Origin: Escherichia phage EC1-UPM
Sequence record: NC_041906.1
Length of the DNA stretch: 64,000 nt
Strand: one strand, 5' to 3'
Part shown: positions 61,585-64,000 of the stretch, piece by piece
Numbering within the stretch: position 1 is the first letter of the stretch
How the letters are laid out: each line of letters begins with the position of its first letter
Translations under genes and position numbers: made by a program
The notes under the pieces: generated by a model
What the model was told of the DNA's origin: nothing
Database searches by the model: none
Seen by the model: the letters and a program-made list of their open reading frames with translations, nothing else

Positions 61585-61755
61585 ACTTATCTCGCTACAA
61601 AGTTATGTCTATTAAAGAAGATTCTTTTCTTGGGGTGAGTTACCCCTTGAAGAAACGATATCATACAGTTACACTTTAGTCATGATATAGAAAAAGTTCA
61701 TGATACTATATAGTATGTAATGTTCCGATGACCCTATTCCCAAAAGGAGTAACCT
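61585..61755. promoter_or_regulatory. divergent intergenic control region between the late (-) operon and the early (+) small-gene array
   Basis: 171 nt AT-rich non-coding DNA with a GGGGT-gagtt-ACCCC hairpin and direct repeats of TCATGATA; genes diverge from both sides. Confidence 0.35.
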
Positions 61756-62046
61756 TTGAGAGTTTATATGAGAGTCCACGACTCTAAAGATGAATACAAA
61801 GAGCTAGACCACACCAAGGCTGGTATTCTTTCAGATGATATTATCATTACGCATGATGAAGATACCTATCACGAATTAGCTGGGATGATGTTGTTAGAGA
61901 ATCGTCCGGGCATTAAAATATTAGAACCAAGAGAAACTTACTCTTTAGAAAAGAGATTATCAGCTCTTGTGTTCTTCACAAAATTACCTCATAGTGTCTC
62001 CGTCAGGCGAAGCAAAGACAGTGTTCGGATGACGGTGATGATGTGA
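61756..62046 (+). CDS. small early protein, paralog family member 1
   Basis: 96 aa; TTG start with AAGGAG RBS; contains the family motif IIITHDEDTYHELAGMMLL. Confidence 0.4.
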   Translation: MRVYMRVHDSKDEYKELDHTKAGILSDDIIITHDEDTYHELAGMMLLENRPGIKILEPRETYSLEKRLSALVFFTKLPHSVSVRRSKDSVRMTVMM

Positions 62047-62246
62047 TTAGTCATGTCGCCTAGTAGACAGTGGCGGTACTCGTAAAGAGTTAATAACTTC
62101 TACAGTCAGGGTTGCCCGGCTCCTTTCCTACCTAGTAGGCTAACGATACACATGTATCTAGGGTGATGAACTGACCCGTGATAGAAAACGGTAAGGGGTA
62201 GAGTCGAGAGGCTCTACCCCATTTCTTTTTCAGGAGGTATGCAATT

Positions 62247-62645
62247 ATGAGCATCTACGCTTTTGATATTGATATTACCGGAGTACTTCGTAAGCAGGAG
62301 CCTTACTACCTTGAGGAACCAGACGTAGTAAGTAAGATGTTATCCCCAAGACAATCAGTATTCTTTCCTGATTGCGTGGAATCACACGAGATTATTGGTT
62401 CTTTTTTCCTATCCAACCTGCAACTTAACACTGAGATACTTACTGAACCAAAGGTGTATGATCTTACTGAGTACTCTGACTTCGAAACATTCTTCCCAGG
62501 AATCAGATTCTATAAAGTACCTGGTTGGGAAATGATTGTTGAACATAACCTCTTTAATAAAACACTTTCTGTTTACTTCAGACGTACCCATAAAGGAAGG
62601 AAAATCAATCATGAAATTCATAATGACCATCCCCAGTTTTGCTGA
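62247..62645 (+). CDS. small early protein, paralog family member 2
   Basis: 132 aa; motif VFFPDCVESHEIIGSFFL. Confidence 0.4.
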   Translation: MSIYAFDIDITGVLRKQEPYYLEEPDVVSKMLSPRQSVFFPDCVESHEIIGSFFLSNLQLNTEILTEPKVYDLTEYSDFETFFPGIRFYKVPGWEMIVEHNLFNKTLSVYFRRTHKGRKINHEIHNDHPQFC

Positions 62646-62925
62646 AAGAGAACCTATGTATACAACTGACTTCTCTTTAGAAGAAGTCATGGGCAGCAAT
62701 CCTCATCAAGTAATCCTGGTTCCTACCCTAGAAGACTACCATGAAGTAAGGGGTCAACTCTTCCTAGCAGGTAATGACCGTAAGGTTGTATGTATTATTC
62801 CACCTTCTGTATATACCAACCATAACGCCAATGACCCTATCCCATTCATGATGGTATCTGATGACTATCAATGGGATAGTCGTTATGAGAAGGGTGAATC
62901 CCGTTACTACTATGTAAGGAAGTAA
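62611..62925 (+). CDS. small early protein, paralog family member 3
   Basis: Internal ATG with AAGGAAGG RBS (ORF track start 62536 overlaps upstream gene); motif ILVPTLEDYHEVRGQLFL. Confidence 0.4.
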   Translation: MKFIMTIPSFAEREPMYTTDFSLEEVMGSNPHQVILVPTLEDYHEVRGQLFLAGNDRKVVCIIPPSVYTNHNANDPIPFMMVSDDYQWDSRYEKGESRYYYVRK

Positions 62926-62928
62926 AAT

Positions 62929-63252
62929 ATGCACTTCTACTCATTAATTGCACTAAGTGCAAGCTGTTATCTCAGTATTGTAACTAAACAGGATTTTTTA
63001 AATGGTAAGCTGAATGGAGCTACTGTCCTATATGAGCCTGGCGAAGAAGCTGATGAGTTTATAGGTACATGCCTTATGTTAGGCATACCCATCACTTTCA
63101 CTAAGATAGATACATCAGTTGAGATATCTGAATTTGCAAGGGTGTATATCCTATCAACTGCTGAACCTATGGTAGTAACTACTTTAACAGGTAGACTTAT
63201 TACCCTCTACCCTTCTACCCCATATTTATCTAGCGACGAGTGTGCCTTATGA
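62929..63252 (+). CDS. small early protein, paralog family member 4 (divergent)
   Basis: 107 aa; weaker version of the motif (VLYEPGEEADEFIGTCLML). Confidence 0.35.
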   Translation: MHFYSLIALSASCYLSIVTKQDFLNGKLNGATVLYEPGEEADEFIGTCLMLGIPITFTKIDTSVEISEFARVYILSTAEPMVVTTLTGRLITLYPSTPYLSSDECAL

Positions 63253-63587
63253 ATAGAGTACTATATCTTCATCAGTATAAGGATGAAGTCTCTGTTTACT
63301 CCGATAATGTTGATAAAGCTATTGAGTGGTTACTACCCCAAGACTGTCATATGCTTATGCTACCTGGTGAGTTAGCAGATAGTACCCGTGGTTCCATTCT
63401 TCTCCTCAATAGTCCAGCTAAGCTAACCACCCATAATCCAGGGGAATCCATAAAGATACCTGCTGGTGAATCTGCATTCTTGTTCTTTGAACCAAGGATA
63501 GAAGAAGGGTTTGTCGGGCTTACTATAGACAGTAGACCTAATAAAGACTTTAAAAGGGTAAGGATTATATCTCATGAAACTTACTAA
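63240..63587 (+). CDS. small early protein, paralog family member 5 (divergent)
   Basis: 115 aa; weaker version of the motif (LMLPGELADSTRGSILLL). Confidence 0.35.
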   Translation: MCLMNRVLYLHQYKDEVSVYSDNVDKAIEWLLPQDCHMLMLPGELADSTRGSILLLNSPAKLTTHNPGESIKIPAGESAFLFFEPRIEEGFVGLTIDSRPNKDFKRVRIISHETY

Positions 63588-63900
63588 GATAGGTTATGCT
63601 GGTGGGCCTAACCCCACTAAACATACAACCTTACAAGACCTTGTACCAGGCAGGCTCACTACTATTATCCTAGTACCGGATGAACAAACACTACACGAAG
63701 TAAAAGGATTAGCACTAATACTAGGTAAGAAGGTTATTGTAAAATTACAGGAACCAGGAAAAGAATTACCATGGCCCTCTTCCATGTACTCCTCCTGGCA
63801 TGTGAATACGGATAAGTACACTCTTACCTTCACCACGAGTGATTCCTTCCAATCACCACATTTGGTATATGCTCCCTCCTATTTATCTGCTTATAAGTAA
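63574..63900 (+). CDS. small early protein, paralog family member 6
   Basis: 108 aa; motif IILVPDEQTLHEVKGLALIL, closest to member 3. Confidence 0.4.
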   Translation: MKLTKIGYAGGPNPTKHTTLQDLVPGRLTTIILVPDEQTLHEVKGLALILGKKVIVKLQEPGKELPWPSSMYSSWHVNTDKYTLTFTTSDSFQSPHLVYAPSYLSAYK

Positions 63901-64000
63901 GATAGCTATCATATTTTTGCATATGAAAAGTAGCATAGTTATGTATGGCTATAGTGCTACACCTAGGGCTACACCCTTACACTCAACCATCCCCCCCGGT

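Noticed and set aside
1-64000. CRISPR array, integrase/recombinase or attachment site, prophage boundary
   Set aside because: No regularly spaced direct repeats with unique spacers and no integrase-like ORF were seen; content and gene order indicate a virulent N4-like phage genome rather than an integrated element.

Overview
The window reads as most of an N4-like podovirus genome (Schitoviridae-type layout), with three transcriptional blocks. Block 1 (84-28737, + strand) is an early/middle replication and nucleotide-metabolism module: Ig-like decoration-type protein, AAA+ ATPase with an HExxH/vWA partner, dCTP deaminase, ThyX-like protein, rIIA/rIIB-like pair, Dda-like helicase, family A DNA polymerase, two HNH-AP2 homing endonucleases, primase-like protein, SSB and a RuvC-like resolvase. 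It is followed by a ~2.1 kb region (about 25900-28019) with no convincing protein gene, many hairpins and several tRNA-like T-arm elements. Block 2 (28773-61584, - strand) is the late module: a 3618-aa virion RNA polymerase with T7-like motifs A and B, virion/ejection proteins, major capsid, portal, a lysis cassette with an embedded o-spanin, two beta-helix tailspike-like proteins, and terminase. Block 3 (61756-63900, + strand) is a tandem array of six small paralogous early genes. All calls rest on reading the ORF translations and sequence motifs by eye; no database search or RNA-folding software was run. Manually derived coordinates (alternative starts, terminators, RNA elements) are approximate to a few nt. 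Gene-product names of the form 'N4 gpXX-like' are inferred from size and gene order only.
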